Positions 50,301 to 59,438 of a stretch of 64,000 nt of DNA are shown piece after piece. Made by a program: the position numbers and the translations under genes. The notes below the pieces were generated by a model, which was not told the origin of the DNA, made no database searches, and saw only the letters and a program-made list of their open reading frames with translations. Position 1 is the first letter of the stretch. Each line of letters opens with the position of its first letter. The stretch spans positions 221,701 through 285,700 of the forward strand of contig JAVKHY010000001.1 in assembly GCA_031459765.1 (NCBI GenBank), in the 5' to 3' direction. The stretch comes from Candidatus Kaftiobacterium secundum (GTDB lineage Bacteria; Sysuimicrobiota; Sysuimicrobiia; Sysuimicrobiales; Kaftiobacteriaceae).

Positions 50301-51758
50301 CTAGCGGGGCTCGGTCAGCCGACGGAGTTCGCGGCGGAGGAGGTTCCAGGCGGCGCGGACGTGGCTCTCTCCGGTGCGGATGTGACCGATGGCGAAGCGC
50401 AGCGTGAAGGCTCCGCGCAGGCGGGTGTGGGACAGGAAAGCGTCCCCGGTCGCGTTCACGGCGTCGAGCAGCGCCGCATTCACCTCATCCAGCCGGTCCG
50501 GGGGCACGCCTCGGGGGCGGGCCCGGAAGCAGACGGTGCTGAAGGGCGTGGGGGCCAGGCGTTCGAACTCCGGGTCCCCGTCGATCCACGACGCCAGGAG
50601 CTGCCCCAGCCGGACGTGCTCGCGGATCCGCGCCGCCAGCCCTTCCCAGCCGAAGTAGCGGATCACCATCCACAGCTTCAGGGCCCGGAAGCGGCGGCCC
50701 AACTGGATGCCGTAGTCCATAAAGTCCCGCACGCCGGCGGCCTCTGCCTCTGCGGTGCGCAGGTACTCGGGCACGAGGCTGAACGCCGCACGCAGCACCT
50801 CCGGCCGCCGACAGTAGAACGCGCTGCAGTCAATAGGGGTGAACAGCCACTTGTGCGGGTTGATCACCACCGAATCGGCGTGGTCGCAGCCGTCGAGCGC
50901 CCACCGGAACTCCGGCGCGATCGCCGCCATGCCGGCGTAGGCGCCGTCCACATGGAGCCACAGGCCTTCCTGACGGCAGACCTCGGCGATGGCCGGCACG
51001 GGATCCACGCTCGTCGTCGAGGTCGTGCCCACCGTCGCCGCCACGCAGAACGGCCGCCACCCGGCGTCCCGGTCCTCGGCCACGGCCCGACGGAGCGCCG
51101 CCACGTCCATGCGGAACGCGCTGTCGGTGGGGATCTTGCGCACGCCCGATCGCCCCAGGCCCAGCACGATCCCCGCCTTCTCGATGGAGGAGTGGGCCTG
51201 CTCCGAGGTGTACAGCCGCAACCGCGGCCCGCCGGCCATCCCTTCCTCCCGGAACCGGTGCTCGGCCACCGCTTCGCGCGCCGCAGCGATGGCGCAGAGG
51301 CTGGCCACGGAGGCGGTGTCCATGATGATCCCCATGAACCCCTCGGGGAGCCCGACCATCTGGCGAAGCCAGTTCAGGGCGACCTCCTCGAGTTCGGTGG
51401 CGGCGGGCGAGGTCTTCCAGAGCATGGCGTTCACGTTGAGCGCGGCCGCCAGCAGTTCTCCCAGGATCCCCGGCGCCGATCCGGTGATGGCAAAGTACGC
51501 GAAGAAGGCCGGGTGATTCCAGTGCGTGATGCCGGGCAGCAGCACCTGTTCGAAATCCGCCAGGATGCGGTCCATCGGCTCACCGCGACGGGGCGGCTCC
51601 GCGGGCAGCGCGGCTTTGATCGCTCCGGGGCGGGTCCGCGCCAGGACGGGATATCGCTCGGGGTGGGCGAGATAGTCCGCGGCCCAGGCCACGACCCGGC
51701 GCCCGTACTCCTCGAACTCCTCCGCCGGCATGTCGCCGAACAGTCCCTCACCGGCCAT
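50301..51758 (-). CDS. Group II PLP decarboxylase, aromatic-L-amino-acid decarboxylase-like
   Basis: THWNHP, SPAATELE, HVDGAYAG, NPHKW, GRRFRALKLW. Confidence 0.9.
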   Translation of the reverse strand: MAGEGLFGDMPAEEFEEYGRRVVAWAADYLAHPERYPVLARTRPGAIKAALPAEPPRRGEPMDRILADFEQVLLPGITHWNHPAFFAYFAITGSAPGILGELLAAALNVNAMLWKTSPAATELEEVALNWLRQMVGLPEGFMGIIMDTASVASLCAIAAAREAVAEHRFREEGMAGGPRLRLYTSEQAHSSIEKAGIVLGLGRSGVRKIPTDSAFRMDVAALRRAVAEDRDAGWRPFCVAATVGTTSTTSVDPVPAIAEVCRQEGLWLHVDGAYAGMAAIAPEFRWALDGCDHADSVVINPHKWLFTPIDCSAFYCRRPEVLRAAFSLVPEYLRTAEAEAAGVRDFMDYGIQLGRRFRALKLWMVIRYFGWEGLAARIREHVRLGQLLASWIDGDPEFERLAPTPFSTVCFRARPRGVPPDRLDEVNAALLDAVNATGDAFLSHTRLRGAFTLRFAIGHIRTGESHVRAAWNLLRRELRRLTEPR

Positions 51759-51785
51759 TGCCGCCCCCCTCAGCCTCCACCGTGC

Positions 51786-52340
51786 TCACAACCCCAGCTC
51801 CGGCGCAATCGCCCGCAGCGCCTCGATCACAAACGCGATGTGCTCCTCCAGCGGAATCCCCAGTTCCTCCGCCCCTCTGAGCACATCCTCCCGGCTGACC
51901 CCGCGGGCGAAGGCCTTGTCCTTCAGCTTCTTCCGGACGGCCTGGACATCGACCTCAGCCAGCGACCGGTTGGGGCGCACGTAAGCCACCGCCGTGATGA
52001 AGCCCACGAGCTCGTCCACCGCGTAGAGCGCCTTCTCCAGCCGCGTCTGTCGCGGCACGCCGGTGTACTCGGCATGCGAGAGGATGGCCCGCGTCCACAT
52101 CTCGGGCACCCCGCGCCGGCGCAGCTCCTCCACCCCGACGAAGGGGTGGCCGGCCTCCTGCGATGGACACCGCTCGTAGTCCAGGTCGTGCAGCAGGCCG
52201 ATCACTCCCCACAGCTCCTCGTCCTCCCCGAACTTCCGGGCGTAGGCGCGCATCGCGGCCTCGGAGGCCAGGAGGTGCTTGCGCAGGTTCGGATTGTGAA
52301 TCCACTCGCAGACCAGTTGCCAGGCCTCGTCGCGGGTCAT
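51786..52340 (-). CDS. HD-domain phosphohydrolase
   Basis: KH, GLLHDLD, AVDEL; start at ATG 52340. Confidence 0.85.
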   Translation of the reverse strand: MTRDEAWQLVCEWIHNPNLRKHLLASEAAMRAYARKFGEDEELWGVIGLLHDLDYERCPSQEAGHPFVGVEELRRRGVPEMWTRAILSHAEYTGVPRQTRLEKALYAVDELVGFITAVAYVRPNRSLAEVDVQAVRKKLKDKAFARGVSREDVLRGAEELGIPLEEHIAFVIEALRAIAPELGL

Positions 52341-52432
52341 GCCGTGCGAATTCGCGACACGGCCTCCGCGGGCCTGCGGTCCACGTCCCCGACGGCAAGA
52401 GTTCTCCGCCGGCGTGTCGAACAGCACGCGCC

Positions 52433-53467
52433 GTGATTCCCGCAGGTGGCGATCCGGCGCCCGTCCTCTCCGGCCGCCCCGTCCTCGTCACCGGGGCCAC
52501 CGGGTTCATCGGCAGTCATCTCGCCGAGCGCCTGCTGCGGGCGGGCGCGAGGGTCCGCGCGGCGGTGCGCCGCCCCGAGCGCGCCCTCCAGCTGCGCTCG
52601 GCGGGAGCGGAGATCAGGACGATCGATCTCACCGCTCCCGGGACGCTCACCGGATGCTGCGACGGCGTCGAAGTGGTCTTTCACTGCGCGGCCTGGCTCG
52701 GATCTCCCTACACCCGGGAGGCGGCCTACGCCACCAATGTGGCCGGAACGCGGGCCCTGGCGGCGGAAGCGCTGCGCGCCGGCGTGGCGCGCTTCGTCCA
52801 CCTCAGTTCAATCGCTGTGTACGGCCCCGTGCGCGCGGGAACCGTCACGGAAGAGAGCCCGCTGTGGCGAGGCGTGGAGCTGTACGGGGACAGCAAGATC
52901 GGGGCCGAAGAGGCGCTGGGTGAGGTGGCCGCGCAGGGACTTGCCTCGGTGATCGCCCGCCCGGGGATGGTCTACGGGCCGCGCTCGCGGGGGTGGACGA
53001 TCCGCCTGGTGCAGTGGATCGACCGGGGGCGCCCCGCCATGGTCGCCGACGGCGGCGGGTACGCCCGGCCGATCTTCATCGAGAACCTGGTGGACGCGTT
53101 GATCCTCTGCGCCGTCCGCCCGGTGGCCGGCGAGGCCTTCACGCTGATCGACACCAATATGCGCTGGCGCGACTACCTCGACCGGTACGCCCGGATGGTC
53201 GGAAAGCGGGCGCGTGCCGTCTCGCCCCTCACCAGCTGGTTGATCGCCGTCGCCGACGAGACGCGGTCCCTCTTTACCCGTCGGCCGCCGAGGGTCCGCC
53301 GAACCGCGCTGGGATACGCGGTCAGCCAGGCCACATTCAGCACGGAGAAGGCCCGGCGCCTGCTCGGCTGGTCGCCGCGCTACTCCATGGATGAGGCGAT
53401 GGAGATCACCCGGACCTGGCTGACCGAGAACGGCTATCTGAAACCCGCGGCCGGCAAGCGCCCGTAG
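52433..53467 (+). CDS. NAD-dependent epimerase/dehydratase (extended SDR); start approximate
   Basis: VTGATGFIGS, HLSSIAVYG, YGDSK, RPGMVYGP. Confidence 0.88.
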   Translation: MIPAGGDPAPVLSGRPVLVTGATGFIGSHLAERLLRAGARVRAAVRRPERALQLRSAGAEIRTIDLTAPGTLTGCCDGVEVVFHCAAWLGSPYTREAAYATNVAGTRALAAEALRAGVARFVHLSSIAVYGPVRAGTVTEESPLWRGVELYGDSKIGAEEALGEVAAQGLASVIARPGMVYGPRSRGWTIRLVQWIDRGRPAMVADGGGYARPIFIENLVDALILCAVRPVAGEAFTLIDTNMRWRDYLDRYARMVGKRARAVSPLTSWLIAVADETRSLFTRRPPRVRRTALGYAVSQATFSTEKARRLLGWSPRYSMDEAMEITRTWLTENGYLKPAAGKRP

Positions 53468-53579
53468 ATAGCCCTCTCAAAGCAAGAAGTACAGGCAATC
53501 ATCCAGGAAAGAATAGACTATCGCCTATAGATAGCCGGTAACTGAATACTGGTCTCTGTATATTGCATATCCATCCTAG

Positions 53580-53606
53580 CAAGTGGCACTGATCGGGCCG
53601 CCACTT
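53580..53606. terminator. Hairpin between convergent epimerase and parB genes
   Basis: AAGTGGC...GCCACTT inverted repeat just 3' of the parB stop. Confidence 0.45.
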
Positions 53607-53607
53607 T

Positions 53608-54474
53608 CTACCCAAGCAACAGGTCCAGAAGTCTTTGCAGGTCCTCTTCGGAGTAGTACTCGAAGGCCAGGCGTCCCCGGGTCCTCGTCCCGTCCACCGA
53701 GACCTTGGTCGCGTACCTACGGGAGAGATCCTGCTCGACCGTCATCAGCTGGGGATCCCTTGCCCGGGAGCGAGGGCGTATTTCACGGGAAATAGCGGCT
53801 CTGGCCAGCTGCTCGGTCTCCCTCACCGAAAGGCCTCGGCGCTCCACCCGTTCCCAGAGCCTCAGCATGGCGGCCTCGGTGCCTGCGGAGAGCAGCGCCC
53901 TGGCATGGCCCTCTGTGATCCGACCGGACTCGAGGCTCGCCTGGATCTGCGGAGGGAGGTTGAGCAGCCGCAGGGAGTTTGCCACGGACGGCTGACTCTT
54001 ACCCACCCGCTCGGCGACGTCTTCCTGCTTCAATCCGAAGTCGCTGATCAGGCGCCGATAGGCTCTGGCCCGCTCCATGGGGTTGAGGTCTTCCCGCTGG
54101 AGGTTCTCGACCAACGCCAGCTCAAGCGCCTCCTGGTCGGTCAGACTCCTCACGACGGCCGGAATCGTACTCAGTCCTGCTGCCTCGGCGGCCCTCCACC
54201 GCCGCTCCCCGGCGACGACCTCGAATCCCCCGGACGACGGCCGCACCACGATGGGCTGCAGCACCCCGTGACGACGGATGGAATCCACGAGACCGGCCAT
54301 CTCCTGGGGATCGACCGCCTGCCTGGGCTGGAGGGGATTGGCGTTCAACTGTCTCAGTGGGATCTCCGCCGGACGCTCCCCGCCGGCCGCCTCTGCTCCG
54401 GGGATCAGGGCCCCCAGACCCTTTCCCAATCCGCGGCGGCGCGATTCACTCGGCAACTGCGGGTTGTCCGGCAC
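53608..54474 (-). CDS. parB: Chromosome partitioning protein ParB/Spo0J
   Basis: GLGKGLGALI, QPR, GERRWRA, ENLQREDLNP. Confidence 0.96.
   Translation of the reverse strand: MPDNPQLPSESRRRGLGKGLGALIPGAEAAGGERPAEIPLRQLNANPLQPRQAVDPQEMAGLVDSIRRHGVLQPIVVRPSSGGFEVVAGERRWRAAEAAGLSTIPAVVRSLTDQEALELALVENLQREDLNPMERARAYRRLISDFGLKQEDVAERVGKSQPSVANSLRLLNLPPQIQASLESGRITEGHARALLSAGTEAAMLRLWERVERRGLSVRETEQLARAAISREIRPRSRARDPQLMTVEQDLSRRYATKVSVDGTRTRGRLAFEYYSEEDLQRLLDLLLG
53779..53794. promoter_or_regulatory. parS-like centromere site within parB
   Basis: TATTTCACGGGAAATA, 13/16 to TGTTTCACGTGAAACA, with symmetric changes at positions 2 and 15. Confidence 0.65.
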
Positions 54475-55228
54475 GACTCCTCACCTCTTCCGCCAGGGCC
54501 ATGTAGGCCTGGGCTCCCTTCGATGCTGGATCGTAGGTCACGACGGGCTGCCCGAAGGACGGAGCCTCGGCCAGCCGGACGCTGCGGGGGATCACCGTCT
54601 GGAACACCTCGCCGGGGAAGTATCGGCGCACCTCGGCGGCCACCTGCTCGGAAAGATTGGTGCGCGCATCGTACATCGTCAGCAGGACTCCTCCGACGCG
54701 CAGCCGGGGGTTCAGGTTCCGCCGGATCAGGTTCACGGACTCCATCAGCTGGGCCAGCCCCTCCAGCGCATAGTATTCGCACTGCAGCGGGATGAGGATC
54801 TCGTCCGAGGCCACCAGCGCGTTGATCGTGAGCAGACCGAGGGAAGGAGGGCAATCGATGAAGACGGCTTCGTACCAGTCACGGGCCTGACGGAGGCTGT
54901 CCCTGAGGCGGTACTCCCGGGAGTGAATGGAGGCCAGCTCGACCTCGGCTCCGGCCAGATGGATGCTCCCGGGAGCGAGGTCCAGGCCCTTGATGGCCGT
55001 CGGAATCAGGGCTGATGCCAGGGACAGTCCGTTGATGAGCACATCGTACACCGAAACCCCCACGGCCCCTTTCGCCACTCCGACGCCGCTCGTGGCGTGA
55101 GACTGGGGATCCATGTCCACCAGCAGGATGCGCAGGCCCCCAAGGGCCATGGCGGCAGACAGATTGACCGCCGTCGTGGACTTTCCCACGCCGCCTTTCT
55201 GATTGGCAATCGCGATGATGCGTCCCAC
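54446..55228 (-). CDS. parA: Chromosome partitioning ATPase ParA/Soj
   Basis: ANQKGGVGKST, DCPPSLG, PLQCEYYALEG, LAEAPS. Confidence 0.96.
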   Translation of the reverse strand: MGRIIAIANQKGGVGKSTTAVNLSAAMALGGLRILLVDMDPQSHATSGVGVAKGAVGVSVYDVLINGLSLASALIPTAIKGLDLAPGSIHLAGAEVELASIHSREYRLRDSLRQARDWYEAVFIDCPPSLGLLTINALVASDEILIPLQCEYYALEGLAQLMESVNLIRRNLNPRLRVGGVLLTMYDARTNLSEQVAAEVRRYFPGEVFQTVIPRSVRLAEAPSFGQPVVTYDPASKGAQAYMALAEEVRSRAGQPAVAE

Positions 55229-55277
55229 TGTTCGCTGTTGTGGTTCGGGATATAGTGGTAGGGTCCTCCGAATGGGA

Positions 55278-55997
55278 CTACCGGTTGAGGATCGGACGCC
55301 GGAGGGCTCCACCTCGCCTGGGGAAGGTGTCGGGGGTCCTGGTTTCCTTCTCGACGACGACGAGGATTCTCCCTTCCCCTCCCTTGAGAACAGCGTCGAT
55401 CATTCTCGGTTCGCCTCCGCCGAGGACGCGCACGGCTGCGCCCCAGCGGGCGAGTTCGGCGCGGACGGAGACGCCCTTGAGCAGGATGACCCGCCCTCCG
55501 ACCCGGACGAGGGGAAGCGTCAACTCGTAGAGCAGGGGCAGCCTGGCCACGGCCCTGGCGACGGCCACGTCGAACCGTTCTCTCAGCTGTCCGCGTCCGG
55601 CATCCTCGGCCCGTGCGCAGACCACACGCGCCTGAAGCCCCAGTTCATCGACAGCCGTTTCCAGAAATGCCGCCCTGCGCGCTTCCGCCTCGAGCAGGGT
55701 GATCCGCAGATCCTCCCTGGCGATGACCAGGGGGATTCCGGGCAGCCCCGCACCGCTTCCGACGTCGACGAGTTCGGCCCCTTCAGGAATTCCCGCGGCC
55801 AGGCAGAGCAGCGAGTCCGCGATGTGCAGACGGGCCGCGGAGATCGGATCGGCAATGGCGGTGAGCCTGGCGCGTGCGCGCCACCGCGCGATCAGCCCGA
55901 GGTAGGCGACGAACAACTCCAGCTGGCGCCGGGACGGCGTCATGCCCAGGGCGCCGAGTTCGGATCGGAGCGCGGCGTACACCCGGTCGGCCGTCAC
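55278..55997 (-). CDS. rsmG: 16S rRNA m7G527 methyltransferase
   Basis: HIADSL, DVGSGAGLPG, VARAV. Confidence 0.93.
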   Translation of the reverse strand: MTADRVYAALRSELGALGMTPSRRQLELFVAYLGLIARWRARARLTAIADPISAARLHIADSLLCLAAGIPEGAELVDVGSGAGLPGIPLVIAREDLRITLLEAEARRAAFLETAVDELGLQARVVCARAEDAGRGQLRERFDVAVARAVARLPLLYELTLPLVRVGGRVILLKGVSVRAELARWGAAVRVLGGGEPRMIDAVLKGGEGRILVVVEKETRTPDTFPRRGGALRRPILNR

Positions 55998-56698
55998 GCT
56001 TCCGGGAAGCCGTTGCCGTTTTCCGGGAGGTCCTCACCTCCACCTCTCTGTCGTCCTGAATCGCCTCTGTCTTCGGGAAGGCCTCCCAGGGGGGACACGG
56101 TGACCCGTCGGTCCGCTCCCTCGCCACTGCTGGCCGTTGTGACCCCTCCACGCGAGGCCAGGACGGTGTGAACAATCCGTCGCTCCCGAGCGGACATCGG
56201 GGGAAGGACGACCGGGCGGCGCTGGCGCTCGGCCCGGTCGGCGGCCTGCCGTGCCATGCGTTCCACCCATGCCCGGCGCCGCTGCCAGTATCCCTCAATG
56301 TCTACGGAGATGCGGAGACGGCTGTCCACCGCCTTCGCCACGATGAGGCCCAGAAGGAGCTCCACAGCCTCGAGCGTCGCCCCCCGCCGGCCGATCAGCG
56401 GACCGAGATCCCTGCCGTGAAACTCCACGTGGATCGCGTCCGCCCCCTCGCGGACGCGCACCGTGGCGGAGAATCCCAGCGCCCTGATGAAGCGTTCGGC
56501 TACCCGCTGGACCGCCGCAGCCGGGCTCTCTTTGAGCGTGGCGCGGACACGCGCCTCGCGGGCGCCCAGTCCCAGCATCCCCCGGGTCCCGGGGTCCAGG
56601 ACCTCCACAGTCACGTCCTCGGCCGTCGCGCCGAGGCGGGTCAGGGCGCGCTCCACCGCCTCCTCCACGGTCCGGCCCGACGCTTCGACCTGCCTCAC
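55994..56698 (-). CDS. jag: RNA-binding protein Jag/KhpB/EloR
   Basis: Jag_N, KH (LIGRRG), R3H (ERRIVH). Confidence 0.93.
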   Translation of the reverse strand: MRQVEASGRTVEEAVERALTRLGATAEDVTVEVLDPGTRGMLGLGAREARVRATLKESPAAAVQRVAERFIRALGFSATVRVREGADAIHVEFHGRDLGPLIGRRGATLEAVELLLGLIVAKAVDSRLRISVDIEGYWQRRRAWVERMARQAADRAERQRRPVVLPPMSARERRIVHTVLASRGGVTTASSGEGADRRVTVSPLGGLPEDRGDSGRQRGGGEDLPENGNGFPEA

Positions 56699-57429
56699 TT
56701 CCTCTTGGTCCCCTTCGGGCGCTGCGGCAGCACCGCCACGGGCGGTTTGGCGGCGCCCGCCGGCGCCGCTGGGGCGGGCGGCGTCAGGCGCCCGACCACG
56801 ATGTAGAACTCCAGGATGTAGGCCAGCGTCGAGGTGACCCAGTAGACGGACATCGCCACCGGGACGTACATCGCGAAGTAGGCCACCATGATCGGCATGA
56901 GGATGAACAGGCGAGCCTGCTGCGGGTCGGTCACGGACATCCGCTGCTGCAGATACGTCGAGACTCCGACCAGGGCGGGCCAGACGATGAGCAGCGGGTC
57001 CCTGGCGATGGCGCCGAAGTTGGGTACCGCGTCGAGCGCCACGCCGAGAAATCTGGCGCCGTCAAAGAGCCCCTGGCGACGGAAAACGGCGAAGAGCGCG
57101 TAGAGGATCGGCATCTGGACGATCAGCGGCAGACATCCGCCGAAGGGGTTCACCTTGTGCTGGCGGTACAGGTTCATGATCTCCATGTTCATGCGCTGCG
57201 GATCGCTCCGGTACTTCTCGCGCAGCGCAGCCATCTGCGGGGCCAGAGACTGCATCTCCTTCATCGACCGCAGCTGGCGCCGCGTCAGCGGGTGCAGGAC
57301 GATCTTCACGGCCAGGGTGAGCAGGATGATCGCCAGGCCGTAACTGCCCGTCCAGTCGAAGAACAGGCCGAGCACGGTGACAAGGAAATCGACGATCGCG
57401 GCGAACATGGCGCCAAACGCCTCTCTCAA
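56695..57429 (-). CDS. yidC: Membrane protein insertase YidC
   Basis: YGLAIILLT, NPFGGCLP..QMP. Confidence 0.95.
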   Translation of the reverse strand: MREAFGAMFAAIVDFLVTVLGLFFDWTGSYGLAIILLTLAVKIVLHPLTRRQLRSMKEMQSLAPQMAALREKYRSDPQRMNMEIMNLYRQHKVNPFGGCLPLIVQMPILYALFAVFRRQGLFDGARFLGVALDAVPNFGAIARDPLLIVWPALVGVSTYLQQRMSVTDPQQARLFILMPIMVAYFAMYVPVAMSVYWVTSTLAYILEFYIVVGRLTPPAPAAPAGAAKPPVAVLPQRPKGTKRK

Positions 57430-57460
57430 CGGGGGCCTCCGATCTTGTCGGCAGAACTCC

Positions 57461-57673
57461 TCATCGCGGCACCGGGTCGTAGCCCCCCGGATGCAGGGGG
57501 TGGCACCGCAGCAACCGCCGCAGGGCCAGGTAGCCGCCCTTCAGGGCGCCGTGGCGGGCGATGGCCTCCGCCGCGTACTGCGAGCACGACGGGTAGAAGC
57601 GACACGACGGCGGGAGCAGGGGAGAGATGACTCTCCTGTAGAGGTGAATGAGCACCAGCAGCAGTTGCCTCAT
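57461..57673 (-). CDS. yidD: Membrane protein insertion efficiency factor YidD
   Basis: [25 protein letters not shown]. Confidence 0.95.
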   Translation of the reverse strand: MRQLLLVLIHLYRRVISPLLPPSCRFYPSCSQYAAEAIARHGALKGGYLALRRLLRCHPLHPGGYDPVPR

Positions 57674-57987
57674 CGGGCTCCCGCAGCCCGATTGAACAGC
57701 GCGCGGACGGAATCCTGCAGCGCGGCGAAGGGCGCCTCTCCCGCCGGGGGTCGCCCCACAACCACGACATCGGTCCCCGACGGCAGCAGGGCCGCGGCCA
57801 TCCGACTGGCTTCGCGCAGGCGCCGCTTCAGACGATTCCGCCGGACGGCACTGCCCACACGCGCCGGCACGACGATCCCGAGCCGCCGGACAGCCAGCTT
57901 GTTCGGACGGGCGTACACAATCAGCAACCCATCGGTGACTCGCGCGCCTTCTCGGTAGGCCAGACGGAAGTGTTCCGGGGCGGTCAA
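57670..57987 (-). CDS. rnpA: Ribonuclease P protein component; start uncertain (TTG 57987 assumed)
   Basis: [22 protein letters not shown] (RNR motif). Confidence 0.88.
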   Translation of the reverse strand: MTAPEHFRLAYREGARVTDGLLIVYARPNKLAVRRLGIVVPARVGSAVRRNRLKRRLREASRMAAALLPSGTDVVVVGRPPAGEAPFAALQDSVRALFNRAAGAR

Positions 57988-58006
57988 CCGCCGGAACGTC
58001 GCGCCC

Positions 58007-58141
58007 TCAGATGGCGAGGCGGTGCCGACCCTTGGCTCTCCGACGCTTGAGGACATTCCGCCCGCCGGGAGTGCGCATTCGGGCACGGAATCCGTGCCGC
58101 CGTTGCCGGCGACGAACCTTCGGCTGGTACGTCCCCTTCAC
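58007..58141 (-). CDS. rpmH: 50S ribosomal protein L34 (missing from the supplied ORF track)
   Basis: Translated by hand: [44 protein letters not shown]. Confidence 0.96.
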   Translation of the reverse strand: MKGTYQPKVRRRQRRHGFRARMRTPGGRNVLKRRRAKGRHRLAI

Positions 58142-58148
58142 GACCACC

Positions 58149-58157
58149 ACTATACCA
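58149..58157 (-). promoter_or_regulatory. Extended -10 promoter of rpmH
   Basis: TGGTATAGT, 7 nt before the GTG start. Confidence 0.7.
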
Positions 58158-58202
58158 TGCTCCAGGCGGCGTCGACAGGACGAATCCCTTCTGCGTCGCG
58201 GC

Positions 58203-58371
58203 TGTGGAGAACCTGAGGATAATCGGGGGGGTTGCCCACAGATTTCGGGGCCGAACTGGGTGTGCCGCCAGCCCGGTGTGCCCGCACCGGCGGCCGGTCC
58301 GAGGCAATCCTCCGCCGTCGTTTCCTCCTGCCGTCAGGGTTGTCCACAGGGTTTTTCACATCTGTGGAAAA
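58203..58371. promoter_or_regulatory. DnaA-box cluster upstream of the dnaA operon
   Basis: TGTGGAGAA 58203, TTGCCCACA 58232, TTGTCCACA 58340, TTTTTCACA 58352, TGTGGAAAA 58363. Confidence 0.8.
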
Positions 58372-58631
58372 CTCGCGGCGCGCTGATCTGACGCCCGCTT
58401 TGACGCACTCACGTTCGGCAGGAACGGCCCCCTGCACTCAAGAAATCGCCCACACTTCCCCTCGAGCTATCCACCATCACGGTCATCTCTTGGTGATCTA
58501 TGGCGCACCGTGAAATTCTTTCCGGCAACGCCCGCTGGGTAGGAGATCCCCGCGACCCGGATAACTCAGGCATCCGTTGTCAGCACCTTCGTCGCCCGAT
58601 CGCCCCCGGCGTGTGGTGGAGTCGCTGAGCC

Positions 58632-59429
58632 ATGCCGGACCTTGCACGGTTCTTGCATCCGCCCGATCGGGAAGCCGAGAGCGACGGGGGGCGCGGCGAG
58701 GCGGAAGTGCGTCTGGCGATTTACGACTCCCCGCTGGCCACGCCGCGGGTGATCACGCTGCGCGGAGAGGAGTTTCATCAGTTCGTGGGGGAACTCGCCG
58801 CGCGCACGTACCACCACTCCCGCGAGCGGGGTGGACGGATTCCCTACGTGGTGATCAGGGAAATTGTAGAGAACCTTATCCACGCCTACTTCGAAGGCGC
58901 CGTGATCAGTATTCTCGACGACGGGAACACCATCCGCATCTCGGACCAAGGGCCCGGAGTCGCCGATCCCGAGAAGGCCCTCCTCCCCGGATACACGACG
59001 GCCACCGCGGAGATGCGGCGCTACATCAAGGGCGTCGGATCCGGCCTTCCGGTGGCCAAAGAGCAGCTGGCGTTCCTCGGGGGAGCCCTCCGCATCGACT
59101 CCAACCTCTCCCGCGGGACCGTGGTCACGCTCTCCGTCGGACCGGCGTCGCCCCCCCAGACCGCCGCGGCGGTCACGTCTCCGCCGGACCCCGCCTCCAC
59201 CCGTCCCCCTGAACTGACGCCGCGTCAGAAAAAGGTTCTGCTGCTGATTGCGGAAATGGGCTCGGCCGGTCCATCCGCCGTGGCCAAGGAACTCGGCGTC
59301 AGCCAGAGTACGGCCTATCGCGAACTGCAGGCGCTCAGCGCGCTCCGCCTCATCCACAGCCGCCGTTCAGGCAAACGCACCCTGACCGAGGACGGGATCG
59401 CCGTCCTCGGAACCGTGTTCAAGTCCTAG
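58632..59429 (+). CDS. GHKL (HATPase_c-like) ATP-binding protein with C-terminal winged HTH, directly upstream of dnaA
   Basis: N-box EIVENLIHA, G1 DQGPG, GYTT, GVGSGL; C-terminal LTPRQ..GPSAVAKELGVSQSTAYRELQAL. Confidence 0.85.
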   Translation: MPDLARFLHPPDREAESDGGRGEAEVRLAIYDSPLATPRVITLRGEEFHQFVGELAARTYHHSRERGGRIPYVVIREIVENLIHAYFEGAVISILDDGNTIRISDQGPGVADPEKALLPGYTTATAEMRRYIKGVGSGLPVAKEQLAFLGGALRIDSNLSRGTVVTLSVGPASPPQTAAAVTSPPDPASTRPPELTPRQKKVLLLIAEMGSAGPSAVAKELGVSQSTAYRELQALSALRLIHSRRSGKRTLTEDGIAVLGTVFKS

Positions 59430-59438
59430 GAGGAGGCC

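Noticed and set aside
58404-58417. CGCACTCACGTTCG, SOS-box-like, next to TTGACG upstream of the dnaA operon
   Set aside because: Mismatch in the core GAAC, spacer not RNRY, no -10 at the proper distance
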